Part shown: positions 29,824-38,887 of the stretch, one piece after another | Numbering within the stretch: the stretch's first letter is position 1 | Layout of the letters: every line of letters starts with the position of its first letter | Source: an uncultured bacterium | GTDB lineage: Bacteria; Patescibacteriota; Minisyncoccia; Phycocordibacterales; CAIZLB01 | Length of the DNA: 64,000 nucleotides | Reading direction: 5' to 3' | Assembly: GCA_903936565.1 (NCBI GenBank) | Contig: CAIZVZ010000009.1 | Span: 44,840 to 108,839, forward strand | Notes under the pieces: model-generated | Told to the model about the DNA's origin: nothing | Databases searched by the model: none | The model's input: the letters and a program-made list of their open reading frames with translations, nothing else | Position numbers and translations under genes: made by a program

Positions 29824-30990
29824 CTACAATATCTCTATAACCCCACTCTCCATATCAATCACAATCATATCCCCTTCCTTTAAAACCTTTGATGCATTTC
29901 TTGTTCCAACCACTGTTGGAATTTGTAATTCTCTTGAGATAATTGCTGGGTGACTCATTAATCCACCAAAATCAGTTACAACAGCCAAAGCTTTTTTCAT
30001 AAACGGTAAGTGATCAACAGTAGTCATTGGACTTACAAAAATCACATTCTCCGGTAACTCAACTAAATCATCTCTAAACAAACAAACCCTACCTTCCACC
30101 TTCAAATCTTTTTTATAAACAACAAGACCCTGTATTCTAGATTGGTCTCTACCTGTTGTGCTACCACCAACATCAACCCCAACTTCATCACCACCTTCAA
30201 CCTTTCTCTTAAATTGCAAGATAGCATCTTTAACAGAAATATTATTTGAGATTCTCTTTGTGTTCATATCAGTGAAGGCACTATCTCCATTTTTACCCTC
30301 CACATATTCATAATATCCAATTACATATCCATCAGAAGTCTCATATCCAGCTTCATTTAATTCCGCATCTTTACCATTTGTAGATAATTTATTTAAAATT
30401 TCATTAACTTTTGCCACCATCACTTCATTTTTTGATAAAACAACAACTGGGGAATTCGGTTCTTTAAAAAATGATACGGCACTCTTCCCTTCCTTTACAG
30501 AATCCATGTATGTCAGAACATACAAATCATCATCAACAACCTCTCCAATAATTCCATCTTTTGTAATCAAAATGACCGCCGAAAATCCAAGTGGTGAGCC
30601 TCTAAAATTTGTGATTCGAACCTCTGCCTTATCTAGTGGAATTTCAAGTGTCTTTAATTTATCACTAAATTCATTGAATGTTAGACCATAATGTTTTTGA
30701 ATATCGAAGATGTTTGCAAACCCTTCCATTGGTGCAACTCTAAATGCATGCTGAATATTTTCACCGCCTCTATCCTCAATAACCGATGATAAATCTTTAG
30801 AATTGATATCAAAACTGGAGAGCGGTAAAACATGCGTTTTATTGATTGGTAATCCAATTGTCTTATTTAAAAAAGTTAACCTTTCCGCTTTCTTATTATC
30901 ATATGCAATTGCATCAGCTATTACATCATCATGTTCTTTTGTCTTTGCTAGCCAGTTTATTATTGAAGTAAATCCTTGTTGAAGTTCCAT
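29824..30990 (-). CDS. PEP-utilising enzyme, central region plus C-terminal mobile phospho-His domain
   Basis: C-terminal GGLMSHPAIISRELQIPTVVG...GDMIVIDMESGVIEIL matches the PEP-utilisers swivelling domain (PF00391-type). Confidence 0.65.
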   Translation of the reverse strand: MELQQGFTSIINWLAKTKEHDDVIADAIAYDNKKAERLTFLNKTIGLPINKTHVLPLSSFDINSKDLSSVIEDRGGENIQHAFRVAPMEGFANIFDIQKHYGLTFNEFSDKLKTLEIPLDKAEVRITNFRGSPLGFSAVILITKDGIIGEVVDDDLYVLTYMDSVKEGKSAVSFFKEPNSPVVVLSKNEVMVAKVNEILNKLSTNGKDAELNEAGYETSDGYVIGYYEYVEGKNGDSAFTDMNTKRISNNISVKDAILQFKRKVEGGDEVGVDVGGSTTGRDQSRIQGLVVYKKDLKVEGRVCLFRDDLVELPENVIFVSPMTTVDHLPFMKKALAVVTDFGGLMSHPAIISRELQIPTVVGTRNASKVLKEGDMIVIDMESGVIEIL

Positions 30991-31031
30991 AATTTTATTT
31001 TATTATTTATTAATTTATCATCTTAAACAAT

Positions 31032-31967
31032 TCAGGCTGTTATTGGCCTGCTTTGTAATATGTGAAGCGTACCCCTCTCATAGGCCCACTCAACATCAGA
31101 CGGCGCACCAAAATATTCTTCAATTAATTTTACGGTTTTAACCAATTTTACTAATTGATTATCAGATAATGATTGAGTAGATACTTTTTCTGGTAATACA
31201 TCTATCCATTTTGTATTCCCACCAATCTCAACTGAAAGTGCCGTGTCTTTTTGTGCAATATTTGTATTTAATATTTCCAATGTATCCTTATGCACAACAA
31301 AGCAGTCTGGAATAATAGCACCAGAAACAAGCGCCTCGCCTAAGCCAAAGCAAGATTCAATATAAATATGTTTATCATTTTTTGTTTGAGGATGAACAGA
31401 AAAAGCAACTCCGGATGATTCTGAATTAATCATTTTTTGTATTAAAACTGACATACCCCAATTATCCCCGACGCCCTTCTTTGTAATCTTGTAATATATT
31501 GCTCTGGGAGAATAGACTGACGCCCAACACTTTTTAATGTACTCAATTATTTTATTTTCACTGACATTTAAATATGATTCAAATTGTCCCGCCCAAGTAT
31601 TTAGAGCTCCATCCTCAACAACCGCCGAAGATCTGACAGCAACAAAATCTGTTTGGAGATTTTCAAACACTCCCCCTATTTCTTCCGCAACCTCCTCTGA
31701 AATAGATCCACCCAAAATCAAGTCTTTAATTTTATTGGACACGTCATTTAAATCGTAGCTCTTTTCTAAATCAACCAAACTCAATAGTTTTTCTATTTTT
31801 TCCTTTAAATTATTATCTTCCAAGAAGTAGTTCCAATGCTCTGTTGTAACCACAAAACCATCTGGCACTGGAATACCAGACCTTATCATCTTCGCCAAAG
31901 ACAGGGCCTTTCCACCAACTAGCCCGATATCAGAATCTTGAATTTTGTTTAAATTAATCAATTTCAT
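31032..31967 (-). CDS. pyruvate phosphate dikinase / PEP synthase N-terminal ATP-binding (PPDK_N) domain protein
   Basis: VGGKALSLAKMIRSGIPVPDGFVVTT, ending DVEWAYERGTLHILQSRPIT (the characteristic PPDK_N end). Its stop is 41 bp upstream of the next ORF start. Confidence 0.7.
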   Translation of the reverse strand: MKLINLNKIQDSDIGLVGGKALSLAKMIRSGIPVPDGFVVTTEHWNYFLEDNNLKEKIEKLLSLVDLEKSYDLNDVSNKIKDLILGGSISEEVAEEIGGVFENLQTDFVAVRSSAVVEDGALNTWAGQFESYLNVSENKIIEYIKKCWASVYSPRAIYYKITKKGVGDNWGMSVLIQKMINSESSGVAFSVHPQTKNDKHIYIESCFGLGEALVSGAIIPDCFVVHKDTLEILNTNIAQKDTALSVEIGGNTKWIDVLPEKVSTQSLSDNQLVKLVKTVKLIEEYFGAPSDVEWAYERGTLHILQSRPITA

Positions 31968-32062
31968 GCTGTTACATAGAACAATACAGAAATTGATTTT
32001 AAAATGTAAGTGAGGAGTTCCTCGCTAAATTAATCGTTCTTTTACCACCAGAGCTAGTAAAA

Positions 32063-32794
32063 TCACGGCATCTTATCCCCCTTCCTCACGCTCTCGGTGA
32101 CAAACATCGGCATTCTATGAACAGAACCATCTTTGATAGCCTTCAATACAGTTGTAATTCCAACAATTGAATCAAATGGGTCAGATTCATTTTCAATTGC
32201 CTTATCGATTGGAACCCACATATTTTTACCATACGCAGTCTCCTCTAATATTTCGCCATAACATTCATCAGAATATGTAATAGGAAATAACATATCAGCA
32301 AATAATTCATCCTTTACATACATTAATCTTCTCTCCATTCCGATAAGTTTAAAAGATGCCTCAAGCCCAGTCTCCACTTGCAGCTTTCTATTTGCCGCAT
32401 CTTCAATTGACTCACCTTTTCTAACAACACCACCCATGACACCAACCTTTCCGAAAGATGGATGAGAGGTTCTAAGTTGATTTAAAATTTGAATTTCTTT
32501 GTTATGAATTCTGGAAACTATTGTAATAACATTTAATTTAAAAAGCCCAGCTGAGTCAGGCTTCTCAGGTTTAGTAAAAGGATCCGCCATATACTTAACA
32601 CCAAACTCAGATAATGAATATCCATCTTTTGCTTTATTTAAAAAACCTTTCTTAACTAAAAATTGCAAATGATAATTAAATAAATCATTTGGAACATCCT
32701 TAAACTGAATATCACTGTAACGCAGTGAACTCTCATTTTTCAAAGTCCTAAGAATTCGATTCTGTATGGGAGAGAGAATATTTATATTATTCAT
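32063..32794 (-). CDS. winged-helix plus degenerate Nudix-like domain protein (putative regulator)
   Basis: N-terminal wHTH-like segment. Middle GGVVRKGESIEDAANRKLQVETGLE resembles a degenerate Nudix box. Confidence 0.35.
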   Translation of the reverse strand: MNNINILSPIQNRILRTLKNESSLRYSDIQFKDVPNDLFNYHLQFLVKKGFLNKAKDGYSLSEFGVKYMADPFTKPEKPDSAGLFKLNVITIVSRIHNKEIQILNQLRTSHPSFGKVGVMGGVVRKGESIEDAANRKLQVETGLEASFKLIGMERRLMYVKDELFADMLFPITYSDECYGEILEETAYGKNMWVPIDKAIENESDPFDSIVGITTVLKAIKDGSVHRMPMFVTESVRKGDKMP

Positions 32795-32923
32795 GGTTGA
32801 GTATTATCTAGATACTATACTATATATTGAGTGTTTTTGTAATCAGAACCTCAAAATCAGATTGACATATCAGTACTAGCATGATATATTCATGTCGCTA
32901 ATCACTGTAGGGAAAGGCCCTCT

Positions 32924-33358
32924 TTGGTGGCAAACATCAACTCACAGAACTACATGAAATCGAATGCTAGACTCGTAACACGTTACCGAGGAAATCAAAT
33001 TGTCACTCGCCTCTTTTACAACAAACAAGTAGGCAGCAGTCCTAATGCAAAACCCGGGGGAATTGAAGATCCTGTGGTGACAGTCAAAAAGCGAAGACAA
33101 AATGGTGGGCCGCTTCAAGGTATTGGACAGACTGCCGAGTTGGCAATCCGTAGATTCCTTATCGTGAATCGGCGCCGACTGGAACGTGACATCGACAAAC
33201 CCTATTGCATCTCACGGGTGGACATGGATGAAATTCTGGCGTCGGAGAAGGTGGAATTGGAACAACAACCAGGAGAAGCCGAAAGGAAGTTTCTGGATAA
33301 AGTATGCCGCCACCTACACGTCACCATCGAACTCACTCCAGGATCACCCCGTTGGTAG
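32924..33358 (+). CDS. hypothetical basic protein (144 aa), GC-rich orphan
   Basis: Complete ORF with elevated GC and its own terminator at 33444. Confidence 0.4.
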   Translation: MVANINSQNYMKSNARLVTRYRGNQIVTRLFYNKQVGSSPNAKPGGIEDPVVTVKKRRQNGGPLQGIGQTAELAIRRFLIVNRRRLERDIDKPYCISRVDMDEILASEKVELEQQPGEAERKFLDKVCRHLHVTIELTPGSPRW

Positions 33359-33443
33359 CCGGTAGCGACCTAACAAGACCGTCTGGGAATAATTGCGGTC
33401 ATCACATCAAACCTGCACGGCGTCATATACGTCTTGCAGAAAC

Positions 33444-33476
33444 AAAACCCCGAACCAGCGTGGGTTTTTTCTTTTG
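33444..33476 (+). terminator. rho-independent terminator (aaaaccccgaaccagcgtgggttttttctttt)
   Basis: Hairpin plus T-run. Confidence 0.55.
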
Positions 33477-33498
33477 TAATTTTATACTTGTAACCCGT

Positions 33499-34116
33499 CT
33501 AATTTGTATTCAAACTATTCATCGCCTTATATCTGTCTTCGGTTATTGTCACATATAACCCCTCAACTACTCTCTTGCCTATTTTCTTCAACTCCTTCAT
33601 TTCATCATCCTTAAATTTTCCTAAAATAAACTTCACCACCTTATCCTCACCTTTTGGTTTTTTAATTTTTCCAGTTGGAGTTGTTGGAGAAACACCAATC
33701 TTCACTCTAACAAAAGCCTCGGTCTTAATCGCTCTTTTAATTGACTCTAATCCCTTATGTCCTCCCATTCCCCTATTGAAAACCATTTTCACAGTTCCAA
33801 ATGGTAAATCCAAATCATCCTGAATTACGATCAAATGTTCAGCCTTCTTTTCGCTTGTAATTAAATCAGCCAAGGACTTACCACTTTTATTCATAAAAGT
33901 CTCGGGTAAAATCACAACAACTTTCTCTTCCACCTTATTCTTTCCCTTTCCAGATTCAATTTCGCCCTTAGAAACCAATCCCAAAAACTTCTTGTCATAA
34001 GAAAAATCCGGCAAATCGTATTGTTTTGCAAACATAGAGGCTATGAATCTGCCAACGTTATGTCTTGTTGATTCATATTCTTCCCCTGGATTTCCTAGTC
34101 CTACAATTATATACAT
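33499..34116 (-). CDS. pth: peptidyl-tRNA hydrolase
   Basis: MYIIVGLGNPGEEYESTRHNVGRFIA is the canonical Pth N-terminus. Confidence 0.85.
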   Translation of the reverse strand: MYIIVGLGNPGEEYESTRHNVGRFIASMFAKQYDLPDFSYDKKFLGLVSKGEIESGKGKNKVEEKVVVILPETFMNKSGKSLADLITSEKKAEHLIVIQDDLDLPFGTVKMVFNRGMGGHKGLESIKRAIKTEAFVRVKIGVSPTTPTGKIKKPKGEDKVVKFILGKFKDDEMKELKKIGKRVVEGLYVTITEDRYKAMNSLNTN

Positions 34117-34165
34117 AAAATTATTATATCATTTAATAACATTATGGTATAATCACACACATATT

Positions 34166-34789
34166 ATGAATTTGCACAAAGACAAAGAAACAGACAGCGA
34201 ACCAGAAGAGATTGTCTCACAAGACAAGAAGGAAAAGGCAAAAGAAAAGGACTCGGGCTTTTGGAAATTTACCATAATCACTCTATTAATCTTTCTGGGA
34301 ATTAGATTTTTTGTCGCTGAACCATTTTTGGTTGACGGCGCATCAATGGATCCAAGTTTTTCAACAAATGACTATCTTATTGTCGATGAATTGACTTACA
34401 AACTTCAATCTCCACAAAGAGGTGACGTGGTTGTTCTTCGCCCACCATTTCAAACAAGTAAATATTTTATCAAAAGAATCGTCGGACTTCCTGGTGAGCG
34501 TATAGTTGTCGCAGCAAAACAAACTTATGTATATAACAAAGAGCATCCTGAAGGATTCCTCCTGGATGAGCCTTATGTAAAGTTCAATAGCGACAAGGTG
34601 ACAGATAAAACACTCAGTGATACAGAATATTTTGTGATGGGAGACAACAGAGAGGTTAGCTTCGACTCCAGAAGCTGGGGTGCCCTTCCAAAATCAGACA
34701 TTACAGGACGCGCCCTCTTGCGATTATATCCATTTCCAAAATTAGGCCTTTTTCCAGGAGGACTTGAGGAATTTACCAAAAAGCAGTAA
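34166..34789 (+). CDS. lepB: signal peptidase I
   Basis: GASMDPSF (catalytic Ser box), GDNREVSFDSRSWGALP (box E). Start chosen at the internal Met; the ORF-track start at 34043 overlaps pth. Confidence 0.8.
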   Translation: MNLHKDKETDSEPEEIVSQDKKEKAKEKDSGFWKFTIITLLIFLGIRFFVAEPFLVDGASMDPSFSTNDYLIVDELTYKLQSPQRGDVVVLRPPFQTSKYFIKRIVGLPGERIVVAAKQTYVYNKEHPEGFLLDEPYVKFNSDKVTDKTLSDTEYFVMGDNREVSFDSRSWGALPKSDITGRALLRLYPFPKLGLFPGGLEEFTKKQ

Positions 34790-34802
34790 GGTATAGGTAA
34801 CG

Positions 34803-36173
34803 ATGCCTAAAAACAACAAAAACAAACATATGTCAAAAACAAGTGTTCACAGTAATTTATCTAAGAAAGAAAAAGATAAGGCTACAAATAAGGCTAAAGT
34901 AGAGGTAAAGCATAGCAAAAACAACACCCAAGGAAAGAAGGCAAAGCCTGTACCTGAGGAAAAGCCAGACCCTATATACAAGACCCACAAGATTGCTGAG
35001 GCTTCCGCTCGTCACTATGGTTTCGTGCCTTTTGCTGGTCTTGAGGTGCAAAAAGAAGACATTGTTAAGGCAAAAAGCTTCAAGGCTGGAGTAAAAAGAG
35101 TAAACAAGGATGAAATAATCAGTTCCCTTAAGTTTGAAAACTTTTTAGAGGAATATGTTTCAATAACAAGAGCCTACGTCAACAAAGAGATGTCTGACCT
35201 AGTTCAACCTCCAATGATATGTCACAGTGGCCCCCTTCACGGTAATAGTCATTTTGATAAAAACAAAAACAAAGATCACATATTTTCAATGCACATTCTT
35301 GGTAACGCAAAGAGTATTGCTGATGCAATGATCATTGAGACTGCATACATTATTCTTAAAGACCATGTTGATAAGGGTGAACTTCTAATCGAAATCAACT
35401 CTCTTGGCGACAAGGATTGTTTTACAAAGTTTGCAAAAGAATACAGTTTATATTTTAAGAAAAATATTAGCGAACTCGCAACTCCGTGTAGACACGCTTT
35501 CAAAAAGGACTTGATGAGCACAGTCTCATGTGACCACGATGAATGTCTTGCGATTCAAGACGCTGCACCAAAGCCAATAAGCTATTTAACTGAGGAATAT
35601 CGAGAGCATTTCAGAGAGGTATTAGAATACATAGAATCATTGAATCTACCTTATATAATCAATCACAATCTAATTGGAAGTGGACTTTATGCCGGTGGAA
35701 CAGTATTCCAAATCACAGCTTTCACAATCAAAGGAAGACAAGACAAAAAGGAAGTTTTGGCTATAGGAGAGAGATACAACTCTGTTTCCAAAAAGGCATG
35801 GGGTAAAAAGGATGTACCAGCAATCGCCGCTCACCTTTTAATCGAAGCTGATCCCGCAAGAAAAGTACCAAAGGTCATAGCCGTTGAAGATATTAAATTC
35901 TATTTCATTCACCTTGGATATGATGCAAAGTTGAAATCCCTATCAATTATGGAGATGCTTCGTATTGCCAAGATACCTGTTCATCAAGCGCTATCAAGAG
36001 ACAAGATTACCAGCCAAATTGCAGCGGCCGAGAAGCTAGCCGTTCCCTATATTCTAATATTGGGCCAAAAAGAGGCTATTGAGAACTCAGTAACCGTAAG
36101 ACACATGAATACTAGAGTCCAAGAAACTGTTAAAGTTCAAGACCTAATAGACTATCTCCAAAAGTTGCTATAA
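34803..36173 (+). CDS. HisRS-family class II aaRS-like protein with degenerate motif 2 (HisZ-like?) and a Lys-rich N-terminal extension
   Basis: LEINSLGD, EEYREHF and IINHNLIGSGLYAGGTVFQ align with HisRS LELNSIG / EESREHF / VNQRLVRGLDYYNRTVFE. Motif 3 is GERYN and the C-terminus is an HGTP anticodon-binding domain. The motif 2 arginines are missing (ICHSGPLHGNSHF). Confidence 0.65.
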   Translation: MPKNNKNKHMSKTSVHSNLSKKEKDKATNKAKVEVKHSKNNTQGKKAKPVPEEKPDPIYKTHKIAEASARHYGFVPFAGLEVQKEDIVKAKSFKAGVKRVNKDEIISSLKFENFLEEYVSITRAYVNKEMSDLVQPPMICHSGPLHGNSHFDKNKNKDHIFSMHILGNAKSIADAMIIETAYIILKDHVDKGELLIEINSLGDKDCFTKFAKEYSLYFKKNISELATPCRHAFKKDLMSTVSCDHDECLAIQDAAPKPISYLTEEYREHFREVLEYIESLNLPYIINHNLIGSGLYAGGTVFQITAFTIKGRQDKKEVLAIGERYNSVSKKAWGKKDVPAIAAHLLIEADPARKVPKVIAVEDIKFYFIHLGYDAKLKSLSIMEMLRIAKIPVHQALSRDKITSQIAAAEKLAVPYILILGQKEAIENSVTVRHMNTRVQETVKVQDLIDYLQKLL

Positions 36174-36202
36174 TTGTCTGCTTATGTTAAATTAATGCTC
36201 AT

Positions 36203-36442
36203 ATGACAAATGTTTCAGTTGATAAACACGCAAACGAAAGTGGATCATCAGTACTCCGTCGCTTCACAAAGCGCGTTCAAGAGTCTGGTGTTTTAAACAA
36301 GGTTAGATCTATCAGATATTCTGGTAGAACTCTTTCACCTTACAAGGTTAAGAAATCTACACTTGAGAGACTTCGTCGCCGTACAGAAATGGAAAAACTA
36401 GCCAAGCTAGGTAAATTACCTGTTTCAAAGAAAAAGAGATAA
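36203..36442 (+). CDS. rpsU: 30S ribosomal protein S21
   Basis: 79 aa. LRRFTKRVQESGVL...RRRTEMEKLAKL is a typical S21 sequence. Confidence 0.85.
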   Translation: MTNVSVDKHANESGSSVLRRFTKRVQESGVLNKVRSIRYSGRTLSPYKVKKSTLERLRRRTEMEKLAKLGKLPVSKKKR

Positions 36443-36483
36443 TTACAAGGGCGAGGCCTATTAACCTCTCCCCTCCTAAAAAT

Positions 36484-36888
36484 ATGAAAATTATTTTTGA
36501 TAAAGATAATTTCATAATCTCCTCAACTCTTCAAAATACACCCAAGCACGACTGGGTGCTTTTTGATAAAATAAAAAATAAGGTAATGGGAGAAAAGTAT
36601 GAGCTTGGCCTGACTTTCATCGGAAAAGAGCGGATGCGAACACTAAATCGAACCCACAGAGAGAAGGATTATACGACTGACGTTTTAAGTTTTCCATTAG
36701 ACAAATCAAATGGAGAGATTTTTATCAATATCGAGAAAGCAAATAAAAAATCCAAAGACTTCGATAGAACTCCAAAGAACTATTTAACTTTTCTTTTTAT
36801 ACACTCACTGTTCCACCTGCAAGGACTTGACCATGGAGAAAGAATGGAGAAAAAGGAGATGGAGATAAGAAAATTATTCGGAATATAG
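36484..36888 (+). CDS. ybeY: rRNA maturation endoribonuclease YbeY
   Basis: HSLFHLQGLDH zinc-binding H..HL.G.DH motif. Confidence 0.8.
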   Translation: MKIIFDKDNFIISSTLQNTPKHDWVLFDKIKNKVMGEKYELGLTFIGKERMRTLNRTHREKDYTTDVLSFPLDKSNGEIFINIEKANKKSKDFDRTPKNYLTFLFIHSLFHLQGLDHGERMEKKEMEIRKLFGI

Positions 36889-36990
36889 ATAACTTGAACA
36901 TTTTTCACTCACTTTGTCGACTTTATACACAGTATTTATGAAAAACGCCTATTTTACTATACGATTTTTAGTGTATAATAAAATACATAT

Positions 36991-38259
36991 ATGGCAAAAG
37001 GTCGCAATCTAGCAGTCGGAATAGATGTAGGAACACACCAAATTAAAGTTTTGGTGACAGAGCTTGAGCCTGCTGAATTTCAATCCGAAGAAAAAGGAAA
37101 AGGTGTTGGTTTTAATACTCCAAGAATAATTGCTTCCGCTACAGTTGAAACAAAAGGGATGCGACACGGATATGTTACAAACGTTGCAGAATTATCAAAG
37201 TGTATAAGGACCGCAGTAAACATCGCAGAGAAGAATTCTGGCATTCCGATTAAGAAAGCTTATGTTTCAATCGGTGGTGTCGGACTTGGTGCAATCATTG
37301 CTGTTGGATCCGTTGTCACCACAAAGGCAGATTCAGAGATCACAGACCTAGATGTTAAGCGTGCGATTGAAGAAAGTGAAAAGGAATTACCTAGCACCTA
37401 CATCTTAAACAGAAAAATAATTCACTCGATTCCACTAGAATACAAAGTTGACGGAAGAAAGGTTCTCGGTCGTCCTCAGGGACTGAAGGGGGTAAAGCTA
37501 GAAGCAAGAGTTCTCTATATCACCTGTCTCGCCCATCACTTCACTGATTTACTAAACGCCTTCGATGATGCCAATGTTGAAATGAGAGATATTGTTGCAG
37601 CACCAATTGCAGCAAGCTTGGTATCGCTCACAAAGACTCAAAAAATTGCAGGTTGTATTCTTTTAAATATTGGATCAGAAACTAGTTCAATAATTGTTTA
37701 TGAAAATAATATTCCAGTATCAATGGAAGTTTTCCCGGTTGGATCTAACGATATAACAAATGACATTGCACTAGGTCTTAAAGTTTCAATAGAAGAAGCT
37801 GATCAAATAAAAATGTCTGTTTCAAGCGACCCCAACACAATTGCATCCGCAAGCGCATCGCTTCCTACATTTTCGAAAAAGAAATTAGATGAAATAATTA
37901 TCGCCAGACTATCTGATATTTTTGATTTGGTTGAGAATCATTTAAAGAAAATTGACAGAAACGGACTACTACCTGCTGGAATAATTCTAACAGGTGGAGG
38001 AAGTGGGCTTATTAATATTGAAGAATTAGCACGCGAAGCATTACGTCTTCCATCAAAGCGCCATACATTGAAATTGGAGGGAAACTTAAAAGGTATCGGC
38101 CGAGAGTTCGAATGGTCAGTTGCATACGGTTTGACCATTTTAGCCTTCTCTTCACCGGACGATAGAGGTGATATTGGTTCAGGTGGACTAAGTGCGGTGG
38201 GTGCATTCAATAAGCTGAAAAAGATGATTATTGAGTGGGTCAAGCAGTTTTTGCCATAG
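36991..38259 (+). CDS. ftsA: cell division protein FtsA
   Basis: Actin-like ATPase with an N-terminal LAVGIDVGTHQIKVLV and a C-terminal amphipathic tail. Sits upstream of ftsZ. Confidence 0.9.
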   Translation: MAKGRNLAVGIDVGTHQIKVLVTELEPAEFQSEEKGKGVGFNTPRIIASATVETKGMRHGYVTNVAELSKCIRTAVNIAEKNSGIPIKKAYVSIGGVGLGAIIAVGSVVTTKADSEITDLDVKRAIEESEKELPSTYILNRKIIHSIPLEYKVDGRKVLGRPQGLKGVKLEARVLYITCLAHHFTDLLNAFDDANVEMRDIVAAPIAASLVSLTKTQKIAGCILLNIGSETSSIIVYENNIPVSMEVFPVGSNDITNDIALGLKVSIEEADQIKMSVSSDPNTIASASASLPTFSKKKLDEIIIARLSDIFDLVENHLKKIDRNGLLPAGIILTGGGSGLINIEELAREALRLPSKRHTLKLEGNLKGIGREFEWSVAYGLTILAFSSPDDRGDIGSGGLSAVGAFNKLKKMIIEWVKQFLP

Positions 38260-38376
38260 TCTTACATATTTTCGATTAATGAAAAAGGCCTGCCGCTGGA
38301 ACGACAGGCCGATTGTTGGTTATTGATTTAGTTTATTGAGCTAGTTTGACTGTTTTCATCCAGCAGTCAATTACTG

Positions 38377-38631
38377 TTACTTCTTGTCGGCAATTGCCTT
38401 GGCAATTGCCGTACAACCATCCCTGACAGCAGAGGCAATAATGTCCCCAGAGCGTTCAATGGTTGCTGCAAACACCAAAGTCAAGCCCACGATGGCAATG
38501 CCCGCATGACCACACTCGAAGGCCACACCCGATCCCGTGATGATAAAACCCACGGCGACTATTCTACTATTGATCTTCAGACTTTTTGGCATACTAGCTA
38601 CCTTTAATACCTGTAAATCTAAGCTTTTCAT
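38377..38631 (-). CDS. small GC-rich hydrophobic orphan protein (84 aa) inserted between ftsA and ftsZ on the opposite strand
   Basis: About 50% GC. A minus-strand hairpin plus T-run lies downstream at 38285-38315 (ggcctgtcgttccagcggcaggcc, then ttttt). Confidence 0.4.
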   Translation of the reverse strand: MKSLDLQVLKVASMPKSLKINSRIVAVGFIITGSGVAFECGHAGIAIVGLTLVFAATIERSGDIIASAVRDGCTAIAKAIADKK

Positions 38632-38887
38632 TGACTTAACAACGTGGCACCAGCCCAGATGTCAATCAGATTCCTTCCGAGAAATCCAACCTTACTGACA
38701 TCCTTTTACTTAGCAGAGAATTCGGCGACTCCTCCACATATATTATGATATACACAACCTATCATGTCAAGCGCTTTATGACACACCCAACTCTAGAACA
38801 CCAAAAGTCAATATTGCCTTGATTTTCCGTAAATGGTAGTATAAAGCCCAAGTAAACGTTAACCATAATCGAAATAACAGAAATAAT

